A DNA stretch of 63,184 nucleotides, the filler included, from Dicyema japonicum (lineage: Eukaryota > Animalia > Dicyemida), in assembly GCA_011109175.1 (NCBI GenBank). It is 7 parts of 7 records of this genome, joined end to end, with 100 filler letters (N's around TTAATTAATTAA, not from the genome) between each part and the next. Parts side by side here need not be neighbours in the genome. Positions count along the whole stretch, not along the records: positions 41,124 to 56,676 come from RDEW01000203.1; positions 56,777 to 61,472 come from RDEW01000037.1; positions 61,573 to 63,184 come from RDEW01000024.1; 4 more parts are not named here. One strand, 5' to 3'. The stretch's first letter is position 1. Every line of letters begins with the position of its first letter. The notes beneath the pieces were generated by a model. The model made no database searches. It was not told the DNA's origin and saw only the letters and a program-made list of their open reading frames with translations. A program made the translations under genes and the position numbers. This document shows positions 50,101 to 63,184 of the stretch, piece after piece.

Positions 50101-53100
50101 ATTATCTGGTTTATTTATATGTTTATACTGAATTTCACATTATTATCAGGTTTACTTATAAGTGTATTCTAAATTTCCATTATTATCTGGTTTATTTGTA
50201 AGTCTATTCTGAATTTCCTTTATTATCTGGTTTATTTGTAAGTGTATGCTGAATTTCCATATTATCTTGTTTACTTGTAAGTGTATTCAGAATTTCATTA
50301 TTATCAGGTTTACTTGTAAGTGTATTCTGAATTTCATTATTATCATGTTTATTTGTAAGTTTATTCAAAATTTCCATTATTATCAGGTTTACTTGTAAGA
50401 GTATTCTAAATTTCCATTATTATTGGTTTATTTTTATGTTTGTCTAAATTTCCTTTATTATCTGGTTTATTTGTATTTGTATTCTCAATTTCCATTATTT
50501 TAACGTTTACTTGTAAGTGTATTCTGAATTTCCATTATTATCTTGTTTATTTTTATGTTTATTCTAAATTTCCTTTATTATCTTGTTTATTTTTATGTTT
50601 ATTCTAAATTTCCTTTATTATCTGGTTTATTTTTTTTGTATCTTCAATTTCCATTATTTACACGTTTACTTGTAAGTGTATTCTGAATTTCCATTATTAT
50701 CAGGTTTATTTGAAAGTTTGTTCAGAATTTCCATTATTATCAGGTTTACTTGTAAGTGTATTCTAAATTTCCATTATTATCTAGTTTATTTCTAAGTGTA
50801 TACAGACTTTCCATATTATCTGGTTTATTTGTAAGTGTATTCAGAATTTCCATTATTATCTGGTTTATTTGTAAGTGTATTCTGAATTTCCATTATTATC
50901 TGGTTTATTTGTATGTGTATTCTAAATATCCTTTATTATCTGGTTTATTTATAAGTGTATTCTGAATTTCCATTATTATTTGGTTTATTTATATGTTTAT
51001 ACTGAATTTCCATAATTATCATGTTTATTTGTAAGTGTATTCTGAATTTCCTTTATTATCTGGTTTATTTGTAAGTGTATTCTAAATTTCCATTATTATC
51101 TGGTTTATTTCTAAGTGTATAATGACTTTCCATATTATCAGGTTTATTTGTAAGTGTATTTAGAATTTCATTATTATCAGGTTTATTTCTAAGTGTATTC
51201 TTAATTTCCATATTATTTGGTTTATTTGTAAGTGTATTCTAAATTTCCATTCTTATTAGGGTTTATTTGTAAGAGTATTCTGAATTTCCATTATTATCTT
51301 GTTTATTTTTATGTTTGTTCTAAATTTCCTTTATTATCTGGTTTATTTGTATGTGTATGCTCAATTTCCATTATTTTAACGTTTACTTGTAAGTGTATTC
51401 TGAATTTCCATTATTATCTTGTTTATTTTTATGTTTTATTCTAAATTTCCTTTATTATCTTGTTTATTTTTATGTTTATTCTAAATTTCCTTTATTATCT
51501 GGTTTATTTTTTTTGTATCCTCAATTTCCATTATTTTAACGTTTATTTGTAAGTATGTTCAGAATTTCCATTATTATCAGGTTTATTTGTAAGTTTTTTC
51601 AGAATTTCCATTATTATCAATTTTACTTGTAAGTGGATTCAGAATTTCCATTATTATCAGGTTTACTTGTAAGTGTATTCTAAATTTCCATATTATCATG
51701 TTTATTTGTAAGTGTATTCAGAATTTCCATTATTATCAGGTTTATTTGTAAGTCTATTCTGAATTTCCATTATTATCAGGTTTACTTGTAAGTCTATTCA
51801 GAATTTCAATTATTATCTGGTTTATTTGTAAGTGTATTCTGAATTTCCATTATTATCTGGTTTATTTATATGTTTATACTGAATTTCCATTATTATCAGG
51901 TTTACTTGTAAGTGTATTCTGAATTTCTATTATTATCATGTTTATTTGTAAGTGTATTCTGAATTTCCATTATTATCTGGTTTATTTGTAAGTGTATTCT
52001 GAATTTCCATATTATCATGTTTATTTGTAAGTGTATTCAGAATTTCATTATTATCTTGTTTATTTGTAAGTGTATTCAGAATTTCTATTATTATCTGATT
52101 TACTTGTAAGTGTATTCAGAATTTCTATTATTATCATGTTTATTTGTAAATGTATTCTGAATTTCCATTATTATCATGTTTATTTGTAAGTCTATTCTGA
52201 ACTTCATTTATTATCTGGTTTATTTGTAAGTGTATGCTGAATTTCTATTATTTTCAGGTTTACTTGTAAGTGTATTCTGAATTTCCATTATTATTATGTT
52301 TACTTGTAAGTGTATTCTGAATTTCCTTTATTATCTGGTTTATTTGTAAGTTTTACTGAATTTCCTTTATTATCTGGTTTATTTGTAAGTGTATGCAGAA
52401 TTTTCATTATTATCATGTTTATTTGTAAGTCTATTCTAAATTTCCTTTATTATCAGGTTTACTTGTATGTGTATTCAAAATTTCCATATTATCAGGTTTA
52501 TTTGTAAGTGTATTCTGAATTTCATTATTATCATGTTTACTTTTATGTTTATTCTAAATTTCATTATTATCTGGTTTATTTGTAAGTGTATTCAGAATTT
52601 CCATTCTTATTTGGTTTATTTGTAAGAGTATTCTGAATTTCCATTATTATCTTGTTTATTTTTATGTTTATTCTAAATTTCCTTTATTATCTGGTTTATT
52701 TGTATTTGTATACTCAATTTCCATTATTTTAACGTTTACTTGTAAGTGTATTCTGAATTTCCATTATTATCTTGTTTATTTTTATGTTTATTCTAAATTT
52801 CCATTATTATCTTGTTTATTTTTATGTTTATTCTAAATTTCCATTATTATCTGGTTTATTTTTTTGTGAATGCTCAATTTCCATTATTTTCACGTTTACT
52901 TGTAAGTGTATTCTGAATTTCCATTATTATCAGGTTTATTTGAAAGTTTGTTCAGAATTTCCATTATTATCAGGTTTACTTGTAAGTGTATTCTAAATTT
53001 CCATAATTATCAGGTTTACTTCTAAGTCTATACTGACTTTCCATATTATCAGGTTTACTTGTAAGTGTATTCAGAATTTCCATTATTATCTTGTTTACTT

Positions 53101-56100
53101 GTAAGTGTATTCTAAATTTCCATTATTATCAGGTTTATTTGTATGTTTATACAGAATTTCCTTTATTATCTGGTTTACTTGTAAGTGTATTCTGAATTTC
53201 CATTATTATCTGGTTTATTTATATGTTTATACTGAATTTCCATTATTATCAGGTTTATTTGTAAGTGTATTCTAAATTTCTATTATTATCAGGTTTATTT
53301 GTAAGTCTATTCTGAATTTCCTTTATTATCAGGTTTACTTGTAAGTGTATTCAAAATTTCCATATTATCTTGTTTACTTGTAAGTCTATTCAAAATTTCA
53401 TTATTATCTGGTTTATTTGTAAGTGTATTCATAATTTCATTATTATCTGGTTTATTTGTAAGTGTATTCAGAATTTCCATTATTATCTTGTTTATTTGTA
53501 AGTGTATTCTGAATTTCCATTATTATCTGGTTTATTTTTAAGTTTATACTAAATTTCCATTATTATCTGGTTTATTTGTATATGTATGCTCAATTTCCAT
53601 TATTTTAACGTTTTACTTGTAAGTGTATTCTGAATTTCCATTATTATCTGGTTTATTTTTATGTTTATTCTGAATTTCCATTATTATCTGGTTTATTTTT
53701 ATGTTATTCTAAATTTCCTTTATTATCTAGTTTATTTTTTTTGTATGCTCAATTTCCATTATTTTAACGTTTATTTGTAAGTGTATTCTGAATTTCCATT
53801 ATTATCATGTTTATTTGTAAGTGTATTCTGAATTTCCATTATTATCAGGTTTACTTGTAAGTGTATTCTGAATTTCCATTATTATCAGGTTTATTTGTAA
53901 GTGTATTCAGAATTTCCACATTATCATGTTTATTTGTAAGTGTATTCTAAATTTCCATTATTATCATGTTTATTTGTAAGTCTATTCAAAATTTCCTTTA
54001 TTATCAGGTTTACTTGTAAGTCGATTCAGAATTTCCATTATTATCTTGTTTATTTGTAAGTCTATTCTGAATTTCCATTATTATCTGGTTTATTTATATG
54101 TTTATACTGAATTTCCATTATTATCAGGTTTACTTGTAAGTGTATTCTGAATTTCTATTATTATCATGTTTATTTGTAAGTGTATTCTAAATTTCCATTA
54201 TTATCTGGTTTATTTGTAAGTGTATTCAGAATTTCCATATTATCAGTTTTATTTGTAAGTATATTGTGAATTTCATTATTATCATGTTTATTTGTAAGTG
54301 TATTCTAATTTTCCATATTATCTGGTTTATTTGTAAGTCTATTCTGAATTTCCTTTATTATCTGGTTTATTTGTAAATGTATTCTAAATTTCCATTATTA
54401 TCATGTTTATTTGTAAGTTTATTCAGAATTTCCTTTATTATCTGGTTTATTGTAAGTGTATTCTGAATTTCCATTATTTTCAGGTTTATTTGTAAGTGTA
54501 TTCTAAATTTCTATTATTATCATGTTTATTTGTAAGTGTGTTCTGAATTTCTATTATTATCAGGTTTACTTGTAAGTGTATTCTGAATTTCCATTATTAT
54601 CAGGTTTATTTGTAAGTGTATTCTGAATTTCTATCATTATCAGGTTTACTTGTAAGTGTATTCTAAATTTCCATTATTATCATGTTTATTTGTAAGTCTA
54701 TTCTGAATTTCCATTATTATCAGGTTTATTTGTAAGTCTATTCTGAATTTCCTTTATTATCAGGTTTATTTGTAAGTCTATTCTGAATTTCCATTATTAT
54801 CAGGTTTATTTGTAAGTCTATTCAGAATTTCCATTATTATCAGGTTTATTTGTAAGTCTATTCTAAATTTCCATTATTATCAGGTTTATTTGTAAGTTTA
54901 TTCTGAATTTCCATTATTATCTGGTTTACTTGTAAGTCTATTCAGAATTTCCTTATTATCAGGTTTATTTGTAAGTGTATTCATAATTTCATTATTATCA
55001 GGTTTACTTGTAAGTGTATTCTTAATTTCATTATTATCAGGTTTATTTGTAAGTGTATTCTGAATTTCCATTCTTATTTGGTTTATTTGTAAGAGTATTC
55101 TGAATTTCCATTATTATCTGGTTTATTTTTATGTTTATTCTAAATTTCCTTTATTATATAGTTTATTTGTATTTGTATACTCAATTTCCATTATTTTAAC
55201 GTTTACTTGTAAGTGTATTCTGAATTTCCATTATTATCTGGTTTATTTTTATGTTTATTCTAAATTTCCTTTATTATCTTGTTTATTTTTATGTTTATTC
55301 TAAATTTCCTTTATTAATCTGGTTTATTTTTTTGTATCCTCAATTTCCATTATTTTAACGTTTACTTGTAAGTGTATTCTGAATATCCATTATTACTTGT
55401 TTATTTTTATGTTTATTCTAAATTTCCTTTATTATCTGGTTTATTTGTATGTGTATGCTCAATTTCCATTATTTTCACGTTTACTTGTAAGTGTATTCTG
55501 AATTTCCATTATTATCAGGTTATTTGAAAGTTTGTTCAGAATTTCCATTATTATCAGGTTTACTTGTAAGTGTATTCTAAATTTCCATTATTATCAGGTT
55601 TACTTCTAAGTCTATAAAGACTTTCCATATTATCTGGTTTATTTGTAAGTGTATTCAGAATTTCATTATTATCAGGTTTATTTGTAAGTGTATTCTTAAT
55701 TTCATTATTATCAGGTTAATTTGTAAGTGTATTCAGAATTTCCATTCTTATTAGGTTTATTTGTAAGAGTATTCTGAATTTCCATTATTATCTGGTTTAT
55801 TTTTATGTTTATTCTAAATTTCCTTTATTATCTGGTTTATTTGTATTTGTATACTCAATTTCCATTATTTTAACGTTTACTTGTAAGTGTATTCTGAATT
55901 TCCCATTATTATCTTGTTTATTTTTATGTTTATTCTCAATTTCCATTATTATCAGGTTTATTTGTAAGAGTATTCTAAATTTCCATTATTATCTGGTTTA
56001 TTTTTATGTTTATTCTAAATTTCCTTTATTATCTGGTTTATTTTTATGTTTATTCTAAATTTCCTTTATTATCTGGTTTATTTTTTTTGTATCCTCAATT

Positions 56101-56676
56101 TCCATTATTTTTAACGTTTACTTGTAAGTGTATTCTGAATATCCATTATTATCTTGCTTTTTTTTGTTTATTCTAAATTTCCTTTATTATCTTGTTTATT
56201 TTTATGTTTATTCTAAATTTCCTTTATTATCTTGTTTATTTGTAATGTGTATGCTCAATTTCCATTATTATCAGGTTACTTGTAAGTCTATTCAGAATTT
56301 CCATTATTATCTGGTTTATTTGTAAGTGTATTCTGAATTTCCATTATTATCAGGTTTATTTGTAAGTGTATTCAAAATTTCTTTTATTATCTGGTTTATT
56401 TGTAAGTGTATTCAGAATTTCCATATTATCATGTTTATATGTAAGTCTATTCTAAATTTCATTATTATCAGGTTTACTTGTAAGTGTATTCTTAATTTCA
56501 TTATTATCATGTTTACTTGTAAGTCTATTTAGAATTTCCTTTATTATCAGGTTTATTTGTAAGTCGATTCTGAATTTCCATTAGTATCTGGTTTATTTTT
56601 ATGTTATTATAAATTTCCTTTATTTTCTGGTTATTTGTATTTGTTTCCTCAATTTCCATTATTTTAACGTTTACTT
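41124..56676. repeat. Satellite array, 39-40 bp monomer, roughly 390 copies, with higher-order organisation
   Basis: Consensus GTAAGTGTATTCTGAATTTCCATTATTATCAGGTTTATTT fills the whole scaffold; diagnostic variant monomers recur in fixed order. Confidence 0.98.
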
Positions 56677-56964
56677 NNNNNNNNNNNNNNNNNNNNNNNN
56701 NNNNNNNNNNNNNNNNNNNNTTAATTAATTAANNNNNNNNNNNNNNNNNNNNNNNNNNNNNNNNNNNNNNNNNNNNGTTCATTTTAAAATATTTATTATG
56801 ATTTATTGTTGATTGATTTTATAATTTATTAAATTTAATTTATTTAAAAATGATTAATTTAATTTTAATTTAAAAATTGTTAAACTCCGAATGCTAAGAT
56901 GAAAAATAAAATTTTCTCAAATTTGGCTATTTATTTTATTATATTCTATTTTAAACTAATAAAT

Positions 56965-57045
56965 AATTAATTAACACGCCATCCATCCAAAGTGGACCCT
57001 GCGACATTATCGACGTTCCGTTGCCTCTCACAATTGCATTGCTCT
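56965..57045 (-). mobile_element. Severely 5'-truncated CRE-like LINE stub with AT-rich tail
   Basis: About 50 bp closely similar to 28321-28370; encodes IVRGNGTSIMS. Confidence 0.6.
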
Positions 57046-57567
57046 TGTCTTATTAGTCGATAAATTTTTGTTCAAAAACTCTATTTTATGTGTAGCCTTC
57101 TAAAATCTGGATTAATTTATATTGTTTGAGAACTCTTGAAATGTGGTGAATTTTGGTTGATATGGCAACGAGTATGTTTTATGTGATAAGATTTGGGAAG
57201 TCATGCTTAAAGACTCATTAATGTCACGTGTTGAGAATGTGCATGAAAATTGGTTGGGGAGATTTATGAGAAAATTATTACATGTGGAAAGTTACTAAAA
57301 GCTACATTATTTTTCAGTTCTTTCATTTAAGAAGATGGGAGTCGAACCAGAAACAGTGATTTAAGATGGGGGATAAACATGGAAAAAAAATCTAAAGAAG
57401 ATCAAATACTTTTAATCCATAGCTGCCAGACGGAATCAACTTTTTTCAAGGTCCTTTAAAAAAAGGATTCGAATTAATTTCTCACGTGCATCTTTACCAA
57501 CGTGAGAACAGAGAAAGCGTGAAATCCTAGAATGTCGAAAAAGATGCAGAGGGTACTGAGAGTAGCT

Positions 57568-57850
57568 GGGATCACTTAATGGCGGTAATCACAGGGATTT
57601 CCTAATGAGAAATTAGGATCTCCGTGATTGCCTAGTTGAAAGTCGAGATCATCTAATGGCTGAGATCACAGCAATCGCTTAGTGTAAATGTACGGATCAC
57701 CTAATGACCCTGATCATTGCAATCCCCTAATGAGAAAACCAGGTATCATCCGATGGCCGATACCACAGGGATCATCTAATGAGGCAAGCCTAGATAATTT
57801 AAATACAATGATCACCGGGAATGTCTAATGGGAAAAGCCGTGATCAACTA
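57568..57850. repeat. Degenerate ~47-48 bp minisatellite rich in GATCA and CTAATG motifs
   Basis: GATCAyyTAATG recurs near 57570, 57647, 57695 and 57770, with CTAATG-like motifs alternating ~26 and ~22 bp apart. Confidence 0.6.
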
Positions 57851-59435
57851 AACTTTTTTCATTGTAAAAATTTTTCAATATCATAAAAGTCTCACATAGA
57901 AATGAAACTGAGGTTTTTTGAGGCTAAAAAAATCAATAAAGTATATTTATTTCCGATCTGAGTGTATAAGTAGTTTACATAAAGGCCCGTTGGATCGTTT
58001 AGAAAAAGTCAGTAACCCTCGTAAATCCGAACAAAAAAAATTTGGCTGCCTTTCGGATTGTGTATGTTTTCATATATCAGAATAAAAATGTAACAAAAAA
58101 TTTGAAATAAAAAAATTATGTTTAGTCAAATCATATCTGTCTTTTATTCCTTTGAATTAACCCTTCTACTTTTTTATTGTATTTAATTTTTTCAATGTTC
58201 AAAGATTTAATTTTTATANAAAATTTGAAATCAAAAAATTATGTTTAGTCAAATCATATCTGTCTTTTATTCCTTTGAGTTAACCCTTCTACTTTTTTAT
58301 TGTATTTAATTTTTTCAATGTTCAAAGATTTAATTTTTATATGCCAGTCCCATTAGCACAAAGAACTATAGTAATCCTCACGTTTGATTGCTTTATGCTT
58401 TTTCTTCCTTCAGATTAATTTTTTCTAATTAATTGGATCACCTGTAAAGTAGCCCCCCGGAGGATGAAATTTTATTAATCTGTTTTAATATTGAATAATA
58501 ATTTTTAGTTACTTTTAAAATTTTAGTCATGTTCGTTTTCGTTGATAAGTTAAGACACCTGATTGCAGGTTTAATAAGGATTTGATCAAATATTTCAGAN
58601 NNNNNNNNNNNNNNNNNNNNNNNNNNNNNNNNNNNNNNNNNNNNNNNNNNNNNNNNNNNNNNNNNNNNNNNNNNNNNNNNNNNNNNNNNNNNNNNNNNNN
58701 NNNNNNNNNNNNNNNNNNNNNNNNNNNNNNNNNNNNNNNNNNNNNNNNNNNNNNNNNNNNNNNNNNNNNNNNNNNNNNNNNNNNNNNNNNNNNNNNNNNN
58801 NNNNNNNNNNNNNNNNNNNNNNNNNNNNNNNNNNNNNNNNNNNNNNNNNNNNNNNNNNNNNNNNNNNNNNNNNNNNNNNNNNNNNNNNNNNNNNNNNNNN
58901 NNNNNNNNNNNNNNNNNNNNNNNNNNNNNNNNNNNNNNNNNNNNNNNNNNNNNNNNNNNNNNNNNNNNNNNNNNNNNNNNNNNNNNNNNNNNNNNNNNNN
59001 NNNNNNNNNNNNNNNNNNNNNNNNNNNNNNNNNNNNNNNNNNNNNNNNNNNNNNNNNNNNNNNNNNNNNNNNNNNNNNNNNNNNNNNNNNNNNNNNNNNN
59101 NNNNNNNNNNNNNNNNNNNNNNNNNNNNNNNNNNNNNNNNNNNNNNNNNNNNNNNNNNNNNNNNNNNNNNNNNNNNNNNNNNNNNNNNNNNNNNNNNNNN
59201 NNNNNNNNNNNNNNNNNNNNNNNNNNNNNNNNNNNNNNNNNNNNNNNNNNNNNNNNNNNNNNNNNNNNNNNNNNNNNNNNNNNNNNNNNNNNNNNNNNNN
59301 NNNNNNNNNNNNNNNNNNNNNNNNNNNNNNNNNNNNNNNNNNNNNNNNNNNNNNNNNNNNNNNNNNNNNNNNNNNNNNNNNNNNNNNNNNNNNNNNNNNN
59401 NNNNNNNNNNNNNNNNNNNNNNNNNNNNNNNNNNN

Positions 59436-59660
59436 TCTGAATCATCAATGGGAATATTGGCTATGAGTTCTTCGCTTTTGCAAAAAAGATAGGTGATCTT
59501 TTGGGACAATCTGTAGCTTGTGCAGAGTGGAATCGTATAGTCTAAAAATCAGATTTTTATAAACACAAGAAAATCTTGGATTGACCCACTTTAAGCACGC
59601 AATTAATACATGGCCGCTCATTATAACTGGGTTCACTTTGTTATTATTTTTTTCTTGATG
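59436..59660 (-). CDS. Possible exons of an unidentified micro-intron gene
   Basis: A 25-nt GT-AG segment (GTGTTTATAAAAATCTGATTTTTAG) joins WVNPRFS to YYTIPLCTSYRLSQKITYLFCKSEELIANIPIDDS, open into the gap. Confidence 0.3.
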
Positions 59661-60539
59661 CCGGTGGTCAATAGTCTCTCACACATCCACTAGCTAGCGA
59701 CTAGTAAACTGGTTCGTAAAGAATTAGTGAGAGAATAAGAAATTTACCAATCATGTAATTCTTAGTTTTACGACATTAAATTTTCCAGCGTAAATTCGAA
59801 TCTATTAACAGTACTTGAAAACTTAAAGAGTCTTCCCGAAATTGTTTTTAATTCCAGAGTTTTAACGTCACTGTATCGATAGTACGCTCCGTGTTGATAA
59901 CTTTGGTAATTAGTTACTTAATTATAACAAATTACTTCTTAATCCTCTGCCTACCAATTTCTGAAGCACCCAAATGAAGGTAACTACGCAGTTGTTTCCA
60001 ACAGATACTTCAAATCACTGCTTAGTATAAGGTACTATTGTACGATAATCTTTTCTATAGCTCGTGCCTCTGCTATTTTCGGGTAGTTTATGAGACTACC
60101 CGGCGATTATTGAGAGAATTCGTGTATTTGATTTTTCTCAAAATAGTCATTCTTAAGTCAGAACATTTGCTTAGCGCATTAGAAAATTCGTTATAACTAC
60201 TCCCTTGACGCGCGTATTGCTAGTCCTCTTTGCAACCGACAGTGCAAGAAGATAATGGTAGAAAGTTGGAGAATATTCGCTACGGGGGGAAACGAAGGCA
60301 CGTAGTAAAATTTAATTAGTTTTGATAGTTAATTTCGATGACAAAAATCAAGACTATTAACTATCCTAGTTGTAGCAAATCACTTTTCTATTAGAAAACC
60401 TTTCTGTTATTCTTTGAAAAATAACACCCCTAATTCCTAAGCACATGTGTTACATTCGTCATAAGCTAATAATTTTAGTAGCAGAGCAATTTAATCATTC
60501 AAAAAAGTTAGCTTATTAATTAACAATACTAACGTGATG

Positions 60540-60690
60540 CTCTACATAAACGACATGCCACAAACCTGTAATAAAAACTTCCTAATCCTCTCCTATGCCG
60601 ACGATATCATTCTTGCCTCCAAGGACAGAAGTATTCAATCAGCGACTCAGTCCGCTCAACAAATGCTTGACAAGCTGGAACTATGAGTAA
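60540..60690 (+). mobile_element. LINE reverse transcriptase catalytic fragment
   Basis: LYINDMP...SYADDIIL. Confidence 0.75.
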
Positions 60691-62299
60691 CGAAGCGGAG
60701 ATTCGACCATGATGACATATGCAAGTCCTTCAAGGGAAGTGAAGATTTCACGCATCTCGTCATTGAACTATCCGTAATCCAGGAGACTACAGTAAAGTTA
60801 ATTGGACCAAAACACAAGATCCAGCACATTGAAAACCTCTTAATCGAATTACAACTGAAACTCTTAATGGAGGCTAGTCTACCGAGCTGCCCTCTATTCC
60901 ATAAACTATCGGAATATCTACAATCATACAGTAATTTTGAGCCGATGCCATGTACAATGAGAAGAGCTGTTCATTATTCTCGACCCCACCGGACTCGTCC
61001 TCTCCCTTGTCGGTCTGGGATCACTTAGTTAGTTGAGAACCTTTTATTTATTTTCTTTGACCCAGTGATCCTGGAGATAGTAATAATAATAACTAACGTG
61101 ATAGAACTAGCGAAGTGGTTCCCACAGAAATACCAATTTTTTCCTGAGCTCTCATCTTCATGTCACCAATACAGCACATGGTTCATTCATCAATAAAGCT
61201 GAGATATATAAATTTAGTTAATGTAGTTTGGAATATATTATCAAACAGCATAATGTTTGATATACCCACGACCATTAGTGATAATTAATGGCTGGCTGGT
61301 GTATCAATAATAAAACTACAACAAGAAACAAAAGGTAGCACGTTTTATATAAATTTACCATTTTTATTTTTTGTTCATAAATTATATTTTATTTATAATT
61401 AATATAGACCGACCGTGGAAGGTGGAACTGCTTAGTTAGTTTAATTGTAATTTAACGTTTTCTTCTTGGCCGNNNNNNNNNNNNNNNNNNNNNNNNNNNN
61501 NNNNNNNNNNNNNNNNTTAATTAATTAANNNNNNNNNNNNNNNNNNNNNNNNNNNNNNNNNNNNNNNNNNNNCTGAAGTATTTTCTCAAAAATACTGATT
61601 TTCCTTAATAAAATAAGCGGCCTTTTACTTCCTTTACTTCCTTCTCCCCATAACTGTTTTTGGAGTAATGGTTACTCGTAGTCATCACTCCTATAAATAA
61701 AGTCAGGAAGTAGAGGATCTTGGTGTTACTCCAATTGCCAGAATGGGTGAGAATAATAATGTCCCCCGTCCTAACATTCTACGGAGTCAGAATTCAGGAT
61801 TTTATAAGAATTTGTAACAAAATATGTTATTTGAGAGTATAATGTTACATCAACATAGGTTTGGGGGACAACCAAATAGTTTCCTTGGTGGTAGCTACGG
61901 GACCAAGCTGTCATTTCATTGATCAACAAAATAATGCTTCAAATCACATTTGAAGATAGAATACTGGTACATCTCCACGTACGAACGCGTAGTTCTATTT
62001 ATGGAATACTGCTTCCCCCACCCACGTGTACATATGATCACATCTTCTCTAACCATATTAAATCAAACCCACTTGTTTATATCAATTTAACGACAGTATC
62101 GGAACTACGACCACATATCTTCCCTAAACATAGTATCTTCCCTAAACATGGTGAATCAGGTCATTTCTCCCCTAAACATAGTAAATCGTTCCCAGAAGGT
62201 TGTATTCCATTTAACCTAGTAACTCTATGTTTTCCTCGTTTATGCGCATTTGGAGGGTTCTTAGGTGGAGGTTGACTAAGTTTGACCGAGGAAGGCTGT

Positions 62300-62760
62300 A
62301 TTTAGTAGGTAGTGTACTTGTTCAGGTGGTGGATTACTTCGTGGGCAGCGAAATATCTCACCTTTTCTGGGCAGAATATGATATCCGTTGGATGGTATTT
62401 TAGCCCAAAGTTTATCACTCCTCTCTGGGTTTTCAGGCACTGATTGATGACCTTCAAGGGGTCGATCCACATCTTTGATTAGGGGGAGTCAGACATCGAC
62501 ACGTCAGACAATAGTACGTCATCTGAGTATATCAGAGAACCTTCATCCAATCACAGTGATCCATGGGATGTTGTCCTGATGTCGATTCCAGAACTCGTCA
62601 CCAGGGTGGAATGAATAGATGGACACTTTTGAATCCCGACCAGGCATTGTGCGCCTCCTTAGTAAGGTGGATCCAATGACGCCACCAGAGAGAAGGGAAA
62701 GATATCTTCATTCAAGTAACCACATGAACCACGTGGTAATTAGTATGATTAGTCCGACTT
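62300..62760 (+). mobile_element. I/Ingi-group LINE 3' region with RNase H-like remnant
   Basis: FITPLWVFRH resembles the RNase H WVPGH motif; ORF end QALCASLVRWIQ* is homologous to 27130-27170. Confidence 0.4.
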
Positions 62761-63184
62761 CTTTTACTAATTATGGTAAAGCTAGTAATTTTTGTAAACG
62801 TACATTTTCTGATTTTAAACAGGAACCTTCGAAAATCCCTGAAGACTACAGGGTAGTCTTAATAGGATTANTGACGCCACCAGAGAGAAGGAAAAGATAT
62901 CTTCATTCAAGTAACCACATGGAACCACGTGGTAATTAGTATGATTAGTCCGACTCTCTTTGACTTATTATGGTAAAGCTAGTAATTTTTGTAAACGTAC
63001 ATTTTCTGATTTTGAACAGGAACCTTGGAAAATCCCTGAAGACTACAGGGTAGTCTTAATAGAATTAAGGATGAATACGTTATTTACATGGACCTGTTAC
63101 TCTAAAGGAATTTTTCGCTACCAAAATCGATATTAGTGCTCCCCTGAAACATCCTTTCTCTGAGGAAGGGGGAGTGTTAAACAT

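Noticed and set aside
41124-56676. Satellite as a CRISPR array or as a repetitive protein (NKPDNNGNSEYTY ORFs)
   Set aside because: No unique spacers and a eukaryotic context; the 40-nt monomer shifts frame every unit and hits stops, so the short ORFs are by-products.
59660-60500. Additional exons or TE ORFs in moderately GC-rich stretches (also 29200-29560, 57100-57560, 61573-62300)
   Set aside because: No motif or consistent splice model could be identified by eye.

Overview
AT-rich eukaryotic (animal-like) genomic DNA, not prokaryotic. The window is seven unlinked scaffolds (1-9474, 9575-18013, 18114-35846, 35947-41023, 41124-56676, 56777-61472, 61573-63184) joined by artificial N44-TTAATTAATTAA-N44 spacers. 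The six-frame ORF track is misleading because host genes are split by ultra-short GT-AG introns (22-31 nt). Splicing them by eye reconstructs CDK20/CCRK, the 3' half of SDA1, ADAT2/TAD2, a truncated ArfGAP2/3, a long coiled-coil protein and an orphan secreted protein. The rest is mostly transposon debris (Merlin, pogo/Tigger, IS630/Tc1, Helitron, hAT-Buster, Ginger-like, and RTE, CRE, R4-like and I/Ingi-like LINEs) plus two tandem arrays: six copies of a 1.41-kb unit and a 15.5-kb array of a 39-40 bp satellite. Most notable: (1) Merlin and Buster transposases carry host-sized micro-introns whose removal restores family motifs; (2) the 1.41-kb array hides a micro-intron gene with length-fixed exons, length-variable introns and a synonymous-biased block; (3) the satellite monomer resembles a complete 32-nt intron plus an 8-nt spacer and has higher-order periodicity; (4) a LINE ORF2 begins with a 2A/StopGo motif. 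The organism was not determined; the intron sizes recall reduced parasitic animals such as dicyemids or myxozoans (inference). All protein assignments are from remembered motifs, not database searches, and TE fragment boundaries are approximate.
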